Of a stretch of 64,000 nt of DNA, positions 47,560-57,955 are shown one piece after another. A model generated the notes under the pieces. It was not told where the DNA came from and did no database searches. It saw only the letters and a program-made list of their open reading frames with translations. The stretch comes from a bacterium (lineage in GTDB: Bacteria; Patescibacteriota; Patescibacteriia; JACQRZ01): NCBI GenBank assembly GCA_030688365.1, contig JAUYIE010000018.1, forward strand, positions 33,973-97,972. Direction: 5' to 3'. The translations under genes and the position numbers were made by a program. Numbering within the stretch: the first letter of the stretch is position 1; the number at the start of each line of letters is the position of its first letter.

Positions 47560-48864
47560 TTATTTTACCAATGAATCATCAAACTCTCCCAAAGTAACCT
47601 TGATATCTTTCTCTTTTCCTCTTGAAAAAACCTTAAGCGTGACTTCAGTGTTTGGCTCATAGAGTGACAATACATGAGCAAGCGCATTTTCATCATTTAT
47701 TTTCTTTCCATCCACCTCTAAAATAATATCATCTTCAGCCAACCCCGCCTTTTCTGCCGGACTGCCAGATACCACACCACGTTCTTTCTTAGTCGGATCC
47801 CCCACGATTACTGCACCATAGCTGTTAGGAAGATTATTTTTCTTCACATATTCCTCATCAACCATCTGGTATCGCACACCTAGCCAAGGACGGACTATTT
47901 TGCCATGCGCACGGACACTCTCCAGGTCTCTCTTCATGATACTAGAAGGAATCGCAAATCCTACTGACTGACCGGAACGTGATACTGCCGTATTCATCCC
48001 GACAACCTTACCTGCGAGATTGAGTAACGGCCCGCCGGAGTTTCCATGGTTGATCGCCGCATCAGTTTGTATCGCTTCATAGATCGTACCCACTTCCCCG
48101 TTGTTGCCACTTGCTTGTACGACGCGATTTATACCTGAAACAACACCTCGCGTCACCGTATTACGAAACTCACCCAATGTGTTGCCGATTGCAATCACTG
48201 TTTGCCCTATCTCCACAGCATCTTCATCAGCAAACTCCAGTGGCACTACATCAGTCGCCTCTATTTTTATCACCGCAACATCGTTCAAAGAGTCGGTAGC
48301 CAGTATCTTCGCGGGATATTCAGTACCATCGTTGGTTACCACTACGTAATCGGCACTCGTATCTGACACCACATGATGATTGGTCAAAATCATCCCATCA
48401 GCTGAAATAATAAATCCTGAACCTTCTCCAATTGTTTGTTTCTCAATTGGTGTATCTTCTTGCGGTGCGGGATTGCGTGGTTCTGTAGGTAACGGTATTT
48501 GAAAAAAATTACCAAATGGACTGGAAAAAAATGGATTGTTTGCCGATGGTGCTGTAACTTCTTTTTTTACCAAAATACTTACCACTGACGGTGACGCCTG
48601 TTTGACCACATCAATGGTCGCCGAATCTTCTTGTACCATACGTGTCTCTTGCGTAACATTTTGTACTAGTCCATTGGGTGTCTCAATGCCAAAATAGGAA
48701 GCAATGCTCCCTCCTTGAGTAAAGCCGACAATACCACCGACTAATCCACCAAAAAAACCAAACCCCAAAGAAATGACCGCAAGAAAAATCATGGTAATAA
48801 TGATTGACTTCCTTGGATATTTGTACACGGTCAACTGTTGTGACTCATCCATATATTTATTCAT
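47560..48864 (-). CDS. HtrA/DegP-family serine protease with PDZ domain and N-terminal TM anchor
   Basis: Catalytic-triad contexts TNHHVV, D...VAVIKI, GNSGGPLLN. C-terminal PDZ-like region. 434 aa. Confidence 0.85.
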   Translation of the reverse strand: MNKYMDESQQLTVYKYPRKSIIITMIFLAVISLGFGFFGGLVGGIVGFTQGGSIASYFGIETPNGLVQNVTQETRMVQEDSATIDVVKQASPSVVSILVKKEVTAPSANNPFFSSPFGNFFQIPLPTEPRNPAPQEDTPIEKQTIGEGSGFIISADGMILTNHHVVSDTSADYVVVTNDGTEYPAKILATDSLNDVAVIKIEATDVVPLEFADEDAVEIGQTVIAIGNTLGEFRNTVTRGVVSGINRVVQASGNNGEVGTIYEAIQTDAAINHGNSGGPLLNLAGKVVGMNTAVSRSGQSVGFAIPSSIMKRDLESVRAHGKIVRPWLGVRYQMVDEEYVKKNNLPNSYGAVIVGDPTKKERGVVSGSPAEKAGLAEDDIILEVDGKKINDENALAHVLSLYEPNTEVTLKVFSRGKEKDIKVTLGEFDDSLVK

Positions 48865-48871
48865 TAATTAC

Positions 48872-49903
48872 TTATCGGCGGGCAATATGTTTAACCCCGC
48901 GTAGTGTTTTCATAAAATCAATTGTTTTTTTCAATCCCTCATCAAGCAATACCACAGGAAACCACCCGGTTTCTTCCTTCACCTTATAGATATTGCCAAT
49001 ATCATTATGTAATTCCCATGCTTTTTGTACAGGGTCGTTCACTGCTTCGTCTGCAAGCCATTCTATTTTTGAAGTTGATTTGGTCAATGCAATAATTTTT
49101 TCTGCCAACTCCTTATAGGTATACACGGCAGTGTGGTTAATGTTGTAAATACCGGAATTTTCAGATGCCATGACTTTTTCAAGACCATTCACTACATCAG
49201 AGATAAAACAAAATGCTCCTTTTTCTAACGCACGCGGGATTTGTAATGGTTTGTTTGCCAACGCACTGGCGATCAAGTGCGGGACGATCCGTCCATCATC
49301 AAGATACATACCCGGTCCATAAACAGTACCTACTCGCGCAATTGCGTATGACAATGAATAATTTTTGGCATACGCCACTACCATTGCTTCAGCAGTACGT
49401 TTTGCGTATGCATAATAATTCAGCGGGTCAAGGTGATTTAACACTCCGACATAATCTTCTGATGGTGTGTATCCTTCTTGCGGAAGCATGCCATACACAC
49501 GTAGATCAGATAAAAATAACACTTTGGCACGGTATTGTGTAGCAACATCCAAGACATTTTTTGTTCCAGCAATACCGGTATTGAGGGTTTCAATCGGATG
49601 GTGGACATACCACTGTGGCGAATCTGTCAACGCACAATGATATATTTCATGGATTCCCTCATAAATGGCCTTTGCTCGTTTTGTACCTGCCATAGTCTTG
49701 AGATCAAACGGTGTCGTGATATCATGGCGTACCATAGTAAAGCCGGGACGCGCCAGTAGATGATCAATGTTTTCTTCATGTCCTGTTACATAATCATCAA
49801 TACAAATCACATGACGGTTGTGATCCAATAGATATTCACACAGATGAGCGCCGATAAATCCAGCACCACCAACAACTAACGCATTTTGAAAATCTTGAGG
49901 CAT
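48872..49903 (-). CDS. NAD-dependent epimerase/dehydratase (UDP-glucuronate decarboxylase/dTDP-glucose dehydratase-like)
   Basis: LVVGGAGFIGAHLCEYLL Rossmann motif and YAYAK (YxxxK). 343 aa. Confidence 0.75.
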   Translation of the reverse strand: MPQDFQNALVVGGAGFIGAHLCEYLLDHNRHVICIDDYVTGHEENIDHLLARPGFTMVRHDITTPFDLKTMAGTKRAKAIYEGIHEIYHCALTDSPQWYVHHPIETLNTGIAGTKNVLDVATQYRAKVLFLSDLRVYGMLPQEGYTPSEDYVGVLNHLDPLNYYAYAKRTAEAMVVAYAKNYSLSYAIARVGTVYGPGMYLDDGRIVPHLIASALANKPLQIPRALEKGAFCFISDVVNGLEKVMASENSGIYNINHTAVYTYKELAEKIIALTKSTSKIEWLADEAVNDPVQKAWELHNDIGNIYKVKEETGWFPVVLLDEGLKKTIDFMKTLRGVKHIARR

Positions 49904-49915
49904 ACATCAAAAAAA

Positions 49916-51967
49916 TTAACGTATTGTTCCTACTTCTATCCCCTTCCTATATTTTTCTTCAAAGGCAAAAAATTGTGCGATCACACCTTTCTGTAAACTA
50001 AATGCACGCACATGAGGTCCCCCATTACCGCGAGGACCGGCAACAACATCAGCAATCCTGTCACCATCTATATCACCACATGATACATTGATACCACCTT
50101 TAAATCCTTTATTGTAAGGATACCAGCTGCGCAAGAGTTCTCCATGTCCGGTAGAAATATGGATTTCATCTCCAACAATCGGACTGGTAATAATTTCCGC
50201 CTTTCCGTCATTATTGACATCACACGATGCGAGTTCAGCACCTGTATGTGCCGACGGACTATATGTAGCCCACATTTCTTTTTGTTCACCTTTGTCATTG
50301 AATACTCGTACTTGTGCATCATTGGCTCGTGATGCCGTGATGATCTCTGCCTTGCCATCACCATCTATATCACCAACCGCAACAGACCACCCTGTACGCA
50401 TTGTCTTGTCATACGCAAAAAATTGCCCAATGACCGTCCCGTCTTGCTTGAAGATGCGTATTTGAGGACCACCGCTTGATTCCGGTATGACCACAATCTC
50501 ATCTGTACCATCACTGTTTATATCCCCCATCGCAATATTTATACCTCCGCGAAATTTTTTGTCATACGCAAAAAATTGGGTAAGAAGTTTTGCGCTTTTA
50601 TCAAAAATACGCACGTGAGGTCCCCCTCCTTTTCCTGCCGCTACTACTATCCAATCACTGGTTTTTGACGTGGCAGTATGAAATGGCACCCTAAACGGCC
50701 CAAAAGGGAAAAAAGATGTTGTCATTGATCCTTGACGACTCATGATTGTCAATGGTGAAGTACCATCGCGTTTTGATACCAAGAGTGCACCACTTGCTGT
50801 TGTTCCCGCACCTTGGAGAACAAACGTCGCGCCTGTTTGTTCCAGTGCAAGACGTACTGATTTACCCACGTTGACCCTGCCGCATCCTAGTTTCCCGACA
50901 TAATTCACATTGAGCGCGTCAATTTCATCACATCCCCCTTTAAGAGCGGTCATCACATCAGCAGTGCTCGCATGTGAATTGACTGATAATATCAATGCCG
51001 CAAGTCCTGAAATCACTGCTGTAGATAACGAAGTGCCCGACCAACCGCCACCGTATGGCGCATCAAATCCGGAAACATAGCTATCTACCAATTGAGTGGA
51101 ATAAAAATCATTACCGGGTACTGACACGTCTACACAGGAACCATAATTTGAAAATTGTGTTTTTTGCCCCAATGAATCCAACGACGCCACACCAATCACC
51201 GCATTGTCAGTACCATCGTAACACGCAGGATACATCTTTGTTTTAGTCGTATCTAGACCTCCTCGCAAATGGTCATCATTTCCGGACGCAGCAACGATGA
51301 CAATACCCGCCTTATGGGCACGACTGATAGCATCTTCCAAAAATCCGCTATCGTTGGGTCCCACAAAACTTAAATTGATGATATTTGCTTTTTGTTTTAT
51401 TGCATAATCTATCGCACGTACTACTGCTATCACATCCCCTTCACCATTGCTATTGATCACACGTAAGGGCATAATACGGCTTCGCCATGAAATACCGGTA
51501 ATACCAATACCATTATTTCCCCTACCTGCGGCAACACCTGCGAGGATAGTTCCGTGCTCCATGCCGGCACTGATAAATGATGTGCCAAACTTTGGACGAG
51601 GATCAGGGGAACTGCTCACAAAATCCCATCCGTTTATGTCATCAACAAAACCATTATGATCGTTGTCAATGTTGTCACCGGGAATTTCATTTGTATTCAC
51701 CCAGATGCTGTCTTTCAAGTCAGGGTGATTGATATCTACCCCACTGTCAATGATAGCTATGATTGGCAATTGTGAACCGGTAGTAACTTCCCATGCTTGA
51801 TTCACGTTTATACTACGCAAATATCCCTGACGAGAATAAAACTCATCGTTGGGAGTGACGGTGGGAGACACGATCGCCGCATTGGCGATACGCAAAAATC
51901 CACCCGATTGACCGGCAATAAGGCAGATGAAGAATACAATGGCGCTTCGCATGAAAGTTCGCATCAT
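49916..51967 (-). CDS. secreted subtilisin-like serine protease (peptidase S8) fused to C-terminal FG-GAP beta-propeller repeats
   Basis: Signal peptide. Asp (IIDSGVD), His (HGTILAGVAAG) and Ser (GTSLSTAVISG) catalytic motifs. At least 5 C-terminal repeats of the form F..YD..F.GG....GDI.GDG..EIV. Confidence 0.8.
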   Translation of the reverse strand: MMRTFMRSAIVFFICLIAGQSGGFLRIANAAIVSPTVTPNDEFYSRQGYLRSINVNQAWEVTTGSQLPIIAIIDSGVDINHPDLKDSIWVNTNEIPGDNIDNDHNGFVDDINGWDFVSSSPDPRPKFGTSFISAGMEHGTILAGVAAGRGNNGIGITGISWRSRIMPLRVINSNGEGDVIAVVRAIDYAIKQKANIINLSFVGPNDSGFLEDAISRAHKAGIVIVAASGNDDHLRGGLDTTKTKMYPACYDGTDNAVIGVASLDSLGQKTQFSNYGSCVDVSVPGNDFYSTQLVDSYVSGFDAPYGGGWSGTSLSTAVISGLAALILSVNSHASTADVMTALKGGCDEIDALNVNYVGKLGCGRVNVGKSVRLALEQTGATFVLQGAGTTASGALLVSKRDGTSPLTIMSRQGSMTTSFFPFGPFRVPFHTATSKTSDWIVVAAGKGGGPHVRIFDKSAKLLTQFFAYDKKFRGGINIAMGDINSDGTDEIVVIPESSGGPQIRIFKQDGTVIGQFFAYDKTMRTGWSVAVGDIDGDGKAEIITASRANDAQVRVFNDKGEQKEMWATYSPSAHTGAELASCDVNNDGKAEIITSPIVGDEIHISTGHGELLRSWYPYNKGFKGGINVSCGDIDGDRIADVVAGPRGNGGPHVRAFSLQKGVIAQFFAFEEKYRKGIEVGTIR

Positions 51968-52070
51968 GTAGATAGTATATCACTTGTTATGAAGATCTCA
52001 AGGTGTGTATTTCTTTGATTTCTCCATTGCACTATACAATACCGCCTATGAAGAAAATATGAAGCAGACA

Positions 52071-52775
52071 CTATGGCGTAGGAGTAGGCAATAAGGAGTT
52101 GATATGCTCTTGAATGCGCGCATCATCAGGCGATTGCTTTGCAATTTCCTGCCAGTATAAAAGTGATTCGGATAGATAATTGTTTTGCTCCAAAAAAAGC
52201 GCATACGCACGCATGAGATTTGGATCTTGATTTGTCCCCATCAGACCTTCAATGAATACACCACGTGCGACCGCCACCTCATCAAGGTGATACCAATATA
52301 ATTCAGCAAGTTTTTGATAGTTTGATGATTCAGTTGGTGCTTTACTGATTGCCTGGCGGTATGCGTCTTTGGCATCTTCGTAATTTCCCGCCGCTTCATG
52401 TACCGAGCCTATGTTTGAAAACGCGACAAAGGAAGTCGGATCAGCGTTCGCGGCACGTTTGTACGCATCAAGTGATAAATCATTTCTACCCAAACTGGCA
52501 AAATGAATACCCAAATCAATGTACTGCATCGTCATTGTCGGCTCATCTTTTGTATCACCGCTTGCGATCTCACTCTCAATATCACGGATAGACTGCTCAA
52601 TCGTACTCCTTTGCTCATCAGTTAGCGTCGTTTGAGTAACATAATGTGATGCCATATATTGCACATGATCTATTTGTTTTTTAACCGTAGGTACCACAAA
52701 CCATAGTGCTATCAGCACCACCACAATCGCGAGTATTATGATAATAAATTTCCAGGAAGAAAGTGTTCGTTCCAT
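52071..52775 (-). CDS. membrane-anchored TPR-repeat protein
   Basis: N-terminal TM (FIIIILAIVVVLIALWFVV). At least 3 TPR-like helical hairpins (AYKRAANADP...GNYEDAKDAYRQAI). Confidence 0.6.
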   Translation of the reverse strand: MERTLSSWKFIIIILAIVVVLIALWFVVPTVKKQIDHVQYMASHYVTQTTLTDEQRSTIEQSIRDIESEIASGDTKDEPTMTMQYIDLGIHFASLGRNDLSLDAYKRAANADPTSFVAFSNIGSVHEAAGNYEDAKDAYRQAISKAPTESSNYQKLAELYWYHLDEVAVARGVFIEGLMGTNQDPNLMRAYALFLEQNNYLSESLLYWQEIAKQSPDDARIQEHINSLLPTPTP

Positions 52776-52907
52776 AGTCTGATATTCTCAAAGTCCCTCT
52801 ATCTTAATGAAAAAAACATTCCTTGTCAAAAACCCTGACAAAAAAGACTCTCTCCGCCCGCCAAATAGCGGGGAAAAGAGTCTTTTTGAGCTCGCACCGA
52901 TATCGTC

Positions 52908-54035
52908 CTATCTTTTGGCTCCTGAATACGCGATCGCACGCACTACATCCCATTCACGGGCAGTCGTGGCGATTTTGCCATACACTGCTCTAAATGTTTT
53001 AAGTGCGGCCGCTTCGCTGTCAAGATTACGATGCACTGATCGCAGACCATATCCCATGACCGTCACTGCTGCGCTGTCATTAGGATTTTTCATGTCTGCT
53101 GCGCGTTTGTAAACCAACTTAAAGTTGATTTTTGCGCGATCTTCGGCTGCTTTGCTTGTTTGAGAAGGAAAGCGACCGTTTGCGATCTTGAGTGCGTCTG
53201 ACCATCCACTTTCCGTTGTAGGAAAGGAGCCAAATGCTGCCAAGTAGCTATTGAGTACACCGGCGCGCTCTCCTGCCCCCAACTTAAGGGTAGTAGGCGT
53301 ACCGTATGTAATGAACGCTACCATTTCTTGCTTATTACTTGTATCCACTGTTTGACCTTTTGAAATAGTAGCAAACAATGTTGTCTCCGTCTTTTGCTCT
53401 GCTGATAGACTTGATTTGGCGTTGACTGAAGCGGCGAGTTCTGCCGGAGTAGATGAGATCGTCGCTGATTCAGCTTTTATCGCTTCAATCTGTGCTGTAC
53501 GTGCGTCTTCTACGGAAGTAGTAGGTGCAGGCGTAGCAACAGTCGTCGTATCAGTTGTTGTTGTGTCTGTCGTTGTGTCGGTTGTAGTGTCTGTTGTTGT
53601 GTCAGTCGTAGGAGCAGACGTTGAAGTACCACCACCACCACCGCCAACTACACCGCCACTTGCTGCGGGTGTACTCGCTACAGTACATTCCGTTGCGGTT
53701 GGCGTAAATACAACACTCGTAAGTGGTCCAGTCAACGTTACAGAATTTTGTGATGATGTACATGTCTGCGTGTATGCGCCACCGTTTGTCAAAAGATATC
53801 TATCTGCAGACACAACAGTGAATGTACTTCCACTAGGAACTGTAACGGTAAAGGTTGTCGCGCCGACATCAAGTTGTGTAGCAACAGACCCCGTAGAGAT
53901 CGTTAACGTAATATCATTCACTGACATGTAAGTGTCTGTACTGTATGTGAGATCCGCTGCTGATGCCAACTGTCCTACTCCTGCGCTTGCAAGCACGAAG
54001 ACACCAACCACCAGAGAAACTATTTTTTTCTTCAT
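52908..54035 (-). CDS. secreted protein (375 aa): signal peptide, about 100-aa beta-rich N-domain, (TDTTT)n linker, and a C-terminal domain paralogous to that of the 2353-aa giant protein
   Basis: Signal peptide MKKKIVSLVVGVFVLASAGVGQLASA. Linker TDTTTDTTTDTTTDTTTTDTTT. The C-terminus aligns to the giant-protein C-terminus at about 50% identity (TYGTPTT.LGAGERAGV.NS..AAFG...NGR.P...NPND.AA..VMGYGLRS..RNL.SEAAA.K.FRA.Y.K....EWDVVRAIAYSGA.R). Confidence 0.65.
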   Translation of the reverse strand: MKKKIVSLVVGVFVLASAGVGQLASAADLTYSTDTYMSVNDITLTISTGSVATQLDVGATTFTVTVPSGSTFTVVSADRYLLTNGGAYTQTCTSSQNSVTLTGPLTSVVFTPTATECTVASTPAASGGVVGGGGGGTSTSAPTTDTTTDTTTDTTTDTTTTDTTTVATPAPTTSVEDARTAQIEAIKAESATISSTPAELAASVNAKSSLSAEQKTETTLFATISKGQTVDTSNKQEMVAFITYGTPTTLKLGAGERAGVLNSYLAAFGSFPTTESGWSDALKIANGRFPSQTSKAAEDRAKINFKLVYKRAADMKNPNDSAAVTVMGYGLRSVHRNLDSEAAALKTFRAVYGKIATTAREWDVVRAIAYSGAKR

Positions 54036-54068
54036 AAGAAGATTGGTGATATGAATTAGTCTTCGCGA

Positions 54069-56675
54069 TTATTCAATACAGATGTAATTAATGACTTTTG
54101 CTGATGCGGTCCACGCCGATGCTGGAGTAATAGTAAGTGCTGTAGCTGATGTCGTGGCAACAGGTTTAATGGTACCAGCATCCTCAAAATCAGTAGCTGT
54201 TGTCGCATCACCTGCTGAAATTATACAGACAGGTGCAGCACTATATGTCTTATCAAATGCGAGAATGATAGCATTTGTGTCAGCCGTTGTCGCTGTACGG
54301 ATCTGCCCACGCATGTCAGTACATGTTCCTGCACCATTTCCAGCAGTACAAGTTGGAACTTGTCCAGCATATGTAGCAACAGGTGCTGTTGTCTGCGTTG
54401 ATCTCAAGTGAGAACCAGCTTGGTCACCTGCATTGATAATAACCGCGCCGGTTGCGTCACCGATAGTGGTACGCGTTCCTTGACCGATCGTCAATGTAAT
54501 ATTTCCTCCTGCCTTTGAAGCATCTTGACCCGCACCGGCAGCACCTGATGCGATTGTTACATTTCCACCCGCACCATCAGTCGTCGCACCGTCTCCACCG
54601 GCACCTGCCGTCAGAGTAATCGCACCACCGGCTCCACCGGTAAGACCTGTTCCCGACCCACCGGCACCGGCGGTAAGAGCGTATGCTCCACCAGCACCGT
54701 TTGTACCAGCACCAGTTGAGTTCACACCACCGGCACCAAGAGTAATAGTCATTGCTCCACCAGCACCAGAATCAGCAGAGGCACCTGTGGCGATTCCACC
54801 ATCACCTGTATTGATCGCGAGTGCGCCAGCAGCACCACCAGCTTCTGCTGCGGCAGGAGTACTACCCGCACCTGTTGTTACTGTTATCGCGCCACCAGCT
54901 CGTGCTGCCGTACCAGCGGTACCACCAGCACCTGATGTGATAGCAATCGCGCCACCTGCAGCATCAGTGCCAGCATCGCCACCTATTATAGAAACTGTAC
55001 CTGGTACGTTGTCAAGATCTGCTGTTCCAGACTGGACAGTCACTGCACCTGATACTCCACCAGCCGCAACACCAGAGCCCAAGGTAACCGCACCTGTCGC
55101 ACCAGCTGTTGATGCTCCGGAAGCAATCGTAACTGCACCAGATGCACCTGTTGCTGTTTGAGTTCCACCAGTGATAGCTACTGCACCACCGGCACCTGTC
55201 GCACCAGCGGCACCACCAGTGATAGCAATGGCACCACCGTTACCGGTACCGTTTCCATCACCACCGACAAGACTTGCAACCCCACCAACAGCGTCAGTCG
55301 TACCTGCACCACCTGTCACTGACACGGCACCACCAGCACCAGAGGTTGCGCCACCAGCACCACCAGTTAATGATCCAGCACCACCGGCACCTGTCGCACC
55401 AGCGGCACCTGCTACCAAGGTAACAGCACCACCGTTACTTGCCAGACGTCCCGCACCAGCGGTAAGTGTTACTGCACCACCAGCCGCGCCTGTCGTACTT
55501 GAACCCGCACCAGCTGCACCAGCGGTAATACTTACTGCACCACCGGCACCTGCTGTACCAGCACCACTTGTCGCTCCACCGGCACCTGCTGTTAAGTTCA
55601 ATGCACCACCGGCACCTGCTGTACCAGTTGTATCAGCTCCACCGGCACCAGAAGTTATGGCATAGGCACCACCGGCACCACCGGTACCAACCACTGCACC
55701 ACCACCTGCACCCAGTGTCCATGCTACCCCACCACCGGCACCACCGGTACCAGCATCTGAAGCGGCTCCACCAGCACCAAAAGTTACTGCCAAAGCACCA
55801 CCGGCACCACCGATACCAGTTACGGTGACTCCACCTGCACCTGTTGTTATAGAATGAGCTCCACCTGCACCACCGGTATTATCCAACGTTGCACCACCAC
55901 CTGCACCCGATACTGAAGTGATTGCACCACCGGCTGAAGGAGATGCGATAGCGGTTGTACCCGCTGCACCTGCCGTCATGGTGATTGCACCACCGGCTGC
56001 TCCGCCACCCGTACCACCTGCACCTGCTGTTACTGCTACCGCACCACCGGCAACGGTGCCTGCACCGTTATTTCCTGCCTGTACTGTAACGGTTCCCGGC
56101 ACACCTGTTGTTGTTGTTGCACCTGATGACAATGTAACTGCACCAGAAGCCGCTGCTGTTGCCGTTCCTGATCCGAGAGTCAAAGCACCCGAAATACCAG
56201 CCGAGTTACCTGATGTCAAAGAAACAGCACCGGTCGTTCCTGAAGTCGTTGTTGTTCCTGATGCGAGAGTCAAAGCACCCGAAGCAGCAGCTATGGCTGT
56301 TCCAGAAGCGAGACCGACTGCACCCGAAGCGGCGGCAGAAGCACCCGAAGCGAGTGTTAACGCACCAGTCGTTCCTGAAGTCGTTGTTGTTCCCGACTTA
56401 AGGTTTACTGCACCTGAATCCTGTGCGGTACCTGCACCGGAGGTGAGTGTCAACGCACCACCAGTCGCTGCTGTACCTGCACCTGCAGTTGCGGTAATCG
56501 CGCCCGCTGAAGCTGCAGTCACTGTGTATGCGCCATCAGACGCCACTGTGTTTGCGCTAAATGTAAGCGCCGCCATTGCAGGTTGGGTGATGCCAAACAT
56601 CAACGCCAACGCCGCGACGCCAACCACCGGCACAATACGTGCTCGTGTGTGGCGCAAGAAAGAGTGTTCTCTCAT
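54069..56675 (-). CDS. secreted Gly/Ala/Thr-rich low-complexity repeat protein (868 aa) with non-repetitive Cys-containing C-terminal domain
   Basis: Signal peptide ...ALMFGITQPAMA. Hundreds of G-A-G-G-A / T-A-G-A-G-G units. The last about 110 aa are non-repetitive with 4 Cys. The DNA is strongly GC-rich relative to its surroundings. Confidence 0.65.
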   Translation of the reverse strand: MREHSFLRHTRARIVPVVGVAALALMFGITQPAMAALTFSANTVASDGAYTVTAASAGAITATAGAGTAATGGALTLTSGAGTAQDSGAVNLKSGTTTTSGTTGALTLASGASAAASGAVGLASGTAIAAASGALTLASGTTTTSGTTGAVSLTSGNSAGISGALTLGSGTATAAASGAVTLSSGATTTTGVPGTVTVQAGNNGAGTVAGGAVAVTAGAGGTGGGAAGGAITMTAGAAGTTAIASPSAGGAITSVSGAGGGATLDNTGGAGGAHSITTGAGGVTVTGIGGAGGALAVTFGAGGAASDAGTGGAGGGVAWTLGAGGGAVVGTGGAGGAYAITSGAGGADTTGTAGAGGALNLTAGAGGATSGAGTAGAGGAVSITAGAAGAGSSTTGAAGGAVTLTAGAGRLASNGGAVTLVAGAAGATGAGGAGSLTGGAGGATSGAGGAVSVTGGAGTTDAVGGVASLVGGDGNGTGNGGAIAITGGAAGATGAGGAVAITGGTQTATGASGAVTIASGASTAGATGAVTLGSGVAAGGVSGAVTVQSGTADLDNVPGTVSIIGGDAGTDAAGGAIAITSGAGGTAGTAARAGGAITVTTGAGSTPAAAEAGGAAGALAINTGDGGIATGASADSGAGGAMTITLGAGGVNSTGAGTNGAGGAYALTAGAGGSGTGLTGGAGGAITLTAGAGGDGATTDGAGGNVTIASGAAGAGQDASKAGGNITLTIGQGTRTTIGDATGAVIINAGDQAGSHLRSTQTTAPVATYAGQVPTCTAGNGAGTCTDMRGQIRTATTADTNAIILAFDKTYSAAPVCIISAGDATTATDFEDAGTIKPVATTSATALTITPASAWTASAKVINYICIE

Positions 56676-56825
56676 AGCTTGTAAGCTTATTAATATTAAA
56701 AATCAAAACACAAAATAATTTTTGCCTTCGTAAGTAAGCAGCTGTCAAACAGTATAGCACTTTTTCTCATGAACTCACCTGTTGATAACATTATTTATCA
56801 TTTTTCTGCAAAAAAAATATAAATG

Positions 56826-57470
56826 CTATGGTAAAGCACTTATATCCACTTCATCACCAAGTTGTATGCCGTTCCTTTGGATAAACCCAGCCGGTACTTC
56901 CAAAATATAGTTTATTGGCACGTTTGGCTCAAAAGTATCAGGCACACTTTGAGAAGAAATCTCTGCTTTCATATCCACCACAAGACGACTATCATTTATC
57001 CAGATAAGATCCACATCAAAGATCATACCTTCCGCACTATAACTATATCGGCTGGGATTGCTTAACACATACAACATACCATGCCCCCGCGGTGGTGCAT
57101 CTCGGCCAACCAGCCCTTTTTCCTGTTTTGCACGCGTATCAGCTACTTCAACAGTCATGGGGATATCAGCAATAGTAATCGGTATTTCTTTAAAATCATC
57201 AGGACTGTCTGTACTTGATACATCAAGAGAATCACCAGCACCGTCTGGTGTCAAGCTATATGGCGTTGTAATAATACCTTCCCCGCTAGAGAGAGGTATC
57301 TCACCTGAAACTGCCGATTCAGAAATATCTGCCGTTATTAGATCATCGGTGTTTTTCATAGTAGTCGGTACAGAGGATGTGGCTGTCCTACCAAAAATCA
57401 ACCACCCTGCAACCGCAACCAAAAGCACTATAACAATAGCTATTCCTATGTAAAACGTCTTTGCTGTCAT
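56826..57470 (-). CDS. membrane-anchored DUF192 (COG1430) family protein
   Basis: N-terminal TM FYIGIAIVIVLLVAVAGWLIF. C-terminal region ...GMLYVL...GMIFDVDLIWIN...YILEVPAGFIQRNGIQLGDEV matches the DUF192 pattern. ATG at 57468-57470 (the track start is a GTG). Confidence 0.55.
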   Translation of the reverse strand: MTAKTFYIGIAIVIVLLVAVAGWLIFGRTATSSVPTTMKNTDDLITADISESAVSGEIPLSSGEGIITTPYSLTPDGAGDSLDVSSTDSPDDFKEIPITIADIPMTVEVADTRAKQEKGLVGRDAPPRGHGMLYVLSNPSRYSYSAEGMIFDVDLIWINDSRLVVDMKAEISSQSVPDTFEPNVPINYILEVPAGFIQRNGIQLGDEVDISALP

Positions 57471-57479
57471 ATTACCCAC

Positions 57480-57854
57480 TTATTTTCCCGCTTTTTTCAG
57501 AGCATCTGCTGCAGGACTGGTATCATCAAGCGTTCCATAAAACATCACATTTGATTCATTGATATAGAGATCTTGTGGTGCCCAGACCGCTTCTGATAAC
57601 GGTACGAGTTGGAAAGTATCTTTTTCACCTTCTGCGCCAGCGGTCACGGACAAGAAATAGCCATTTGTCATCTTCAACCGAGGAAATGTCGTAAGTTTAC
57701 CCACATAAATCTGTCCTGTCTGCAGATATACCAATGAATATCCATCCCCTTCTTTGTTCCACATCTTCTTATACCCAAAATAACCAAGGATAAGCAATAC
57801 GATGATGATCACTACAGTCACTGTAGTCTTTGACCCAAGAGATTTCATTTTCAT
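57480..57854 (-). CDS. small membrane-anchored hypothetical protein
   Basis: From the internal ATG: MKMKSLGSKTTVTVVIIIVLLILGYFGYKK... The longer track start at 57959 would overlap the strong terminator of the upstream gene. Confidence 0.4.
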   Translation of the reverse strand: MKMKSLGSKTTVTVVIIIVLLILGYFGYKKMWNKEGDGYSLVYLQTGQIYVGKLTTFPRLKMTNGYFLSVTAGAEGEKDTFQLVPLSEAVWAPQDLYINESNVMFYGTLDDTSPAADALKKAGK

Positions 57855-57955
57855 AGAAACAATGCCGTTAAGTATGAATAAAAATAAGTATATACAGTAT
57901 ACCAACCACAAGATCAGTGTCAACAAAAAATAACTGCGCGTGTTACTACATATCC

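Noticed and set aside
54787-56718. Long plus-strand ORFs (124, 164, 86, 266 aa) rich in Pro/Ala/Val, opposite the Gly/Ala-repeat gene.
   Set aside because: They are antisense shadows of GC-rich GGN/GCN repeat codons, which leave the complementary strand stop-free. They have no start context, and the minus-strand gene has a signal peptide and a coherent C-terminal domain.
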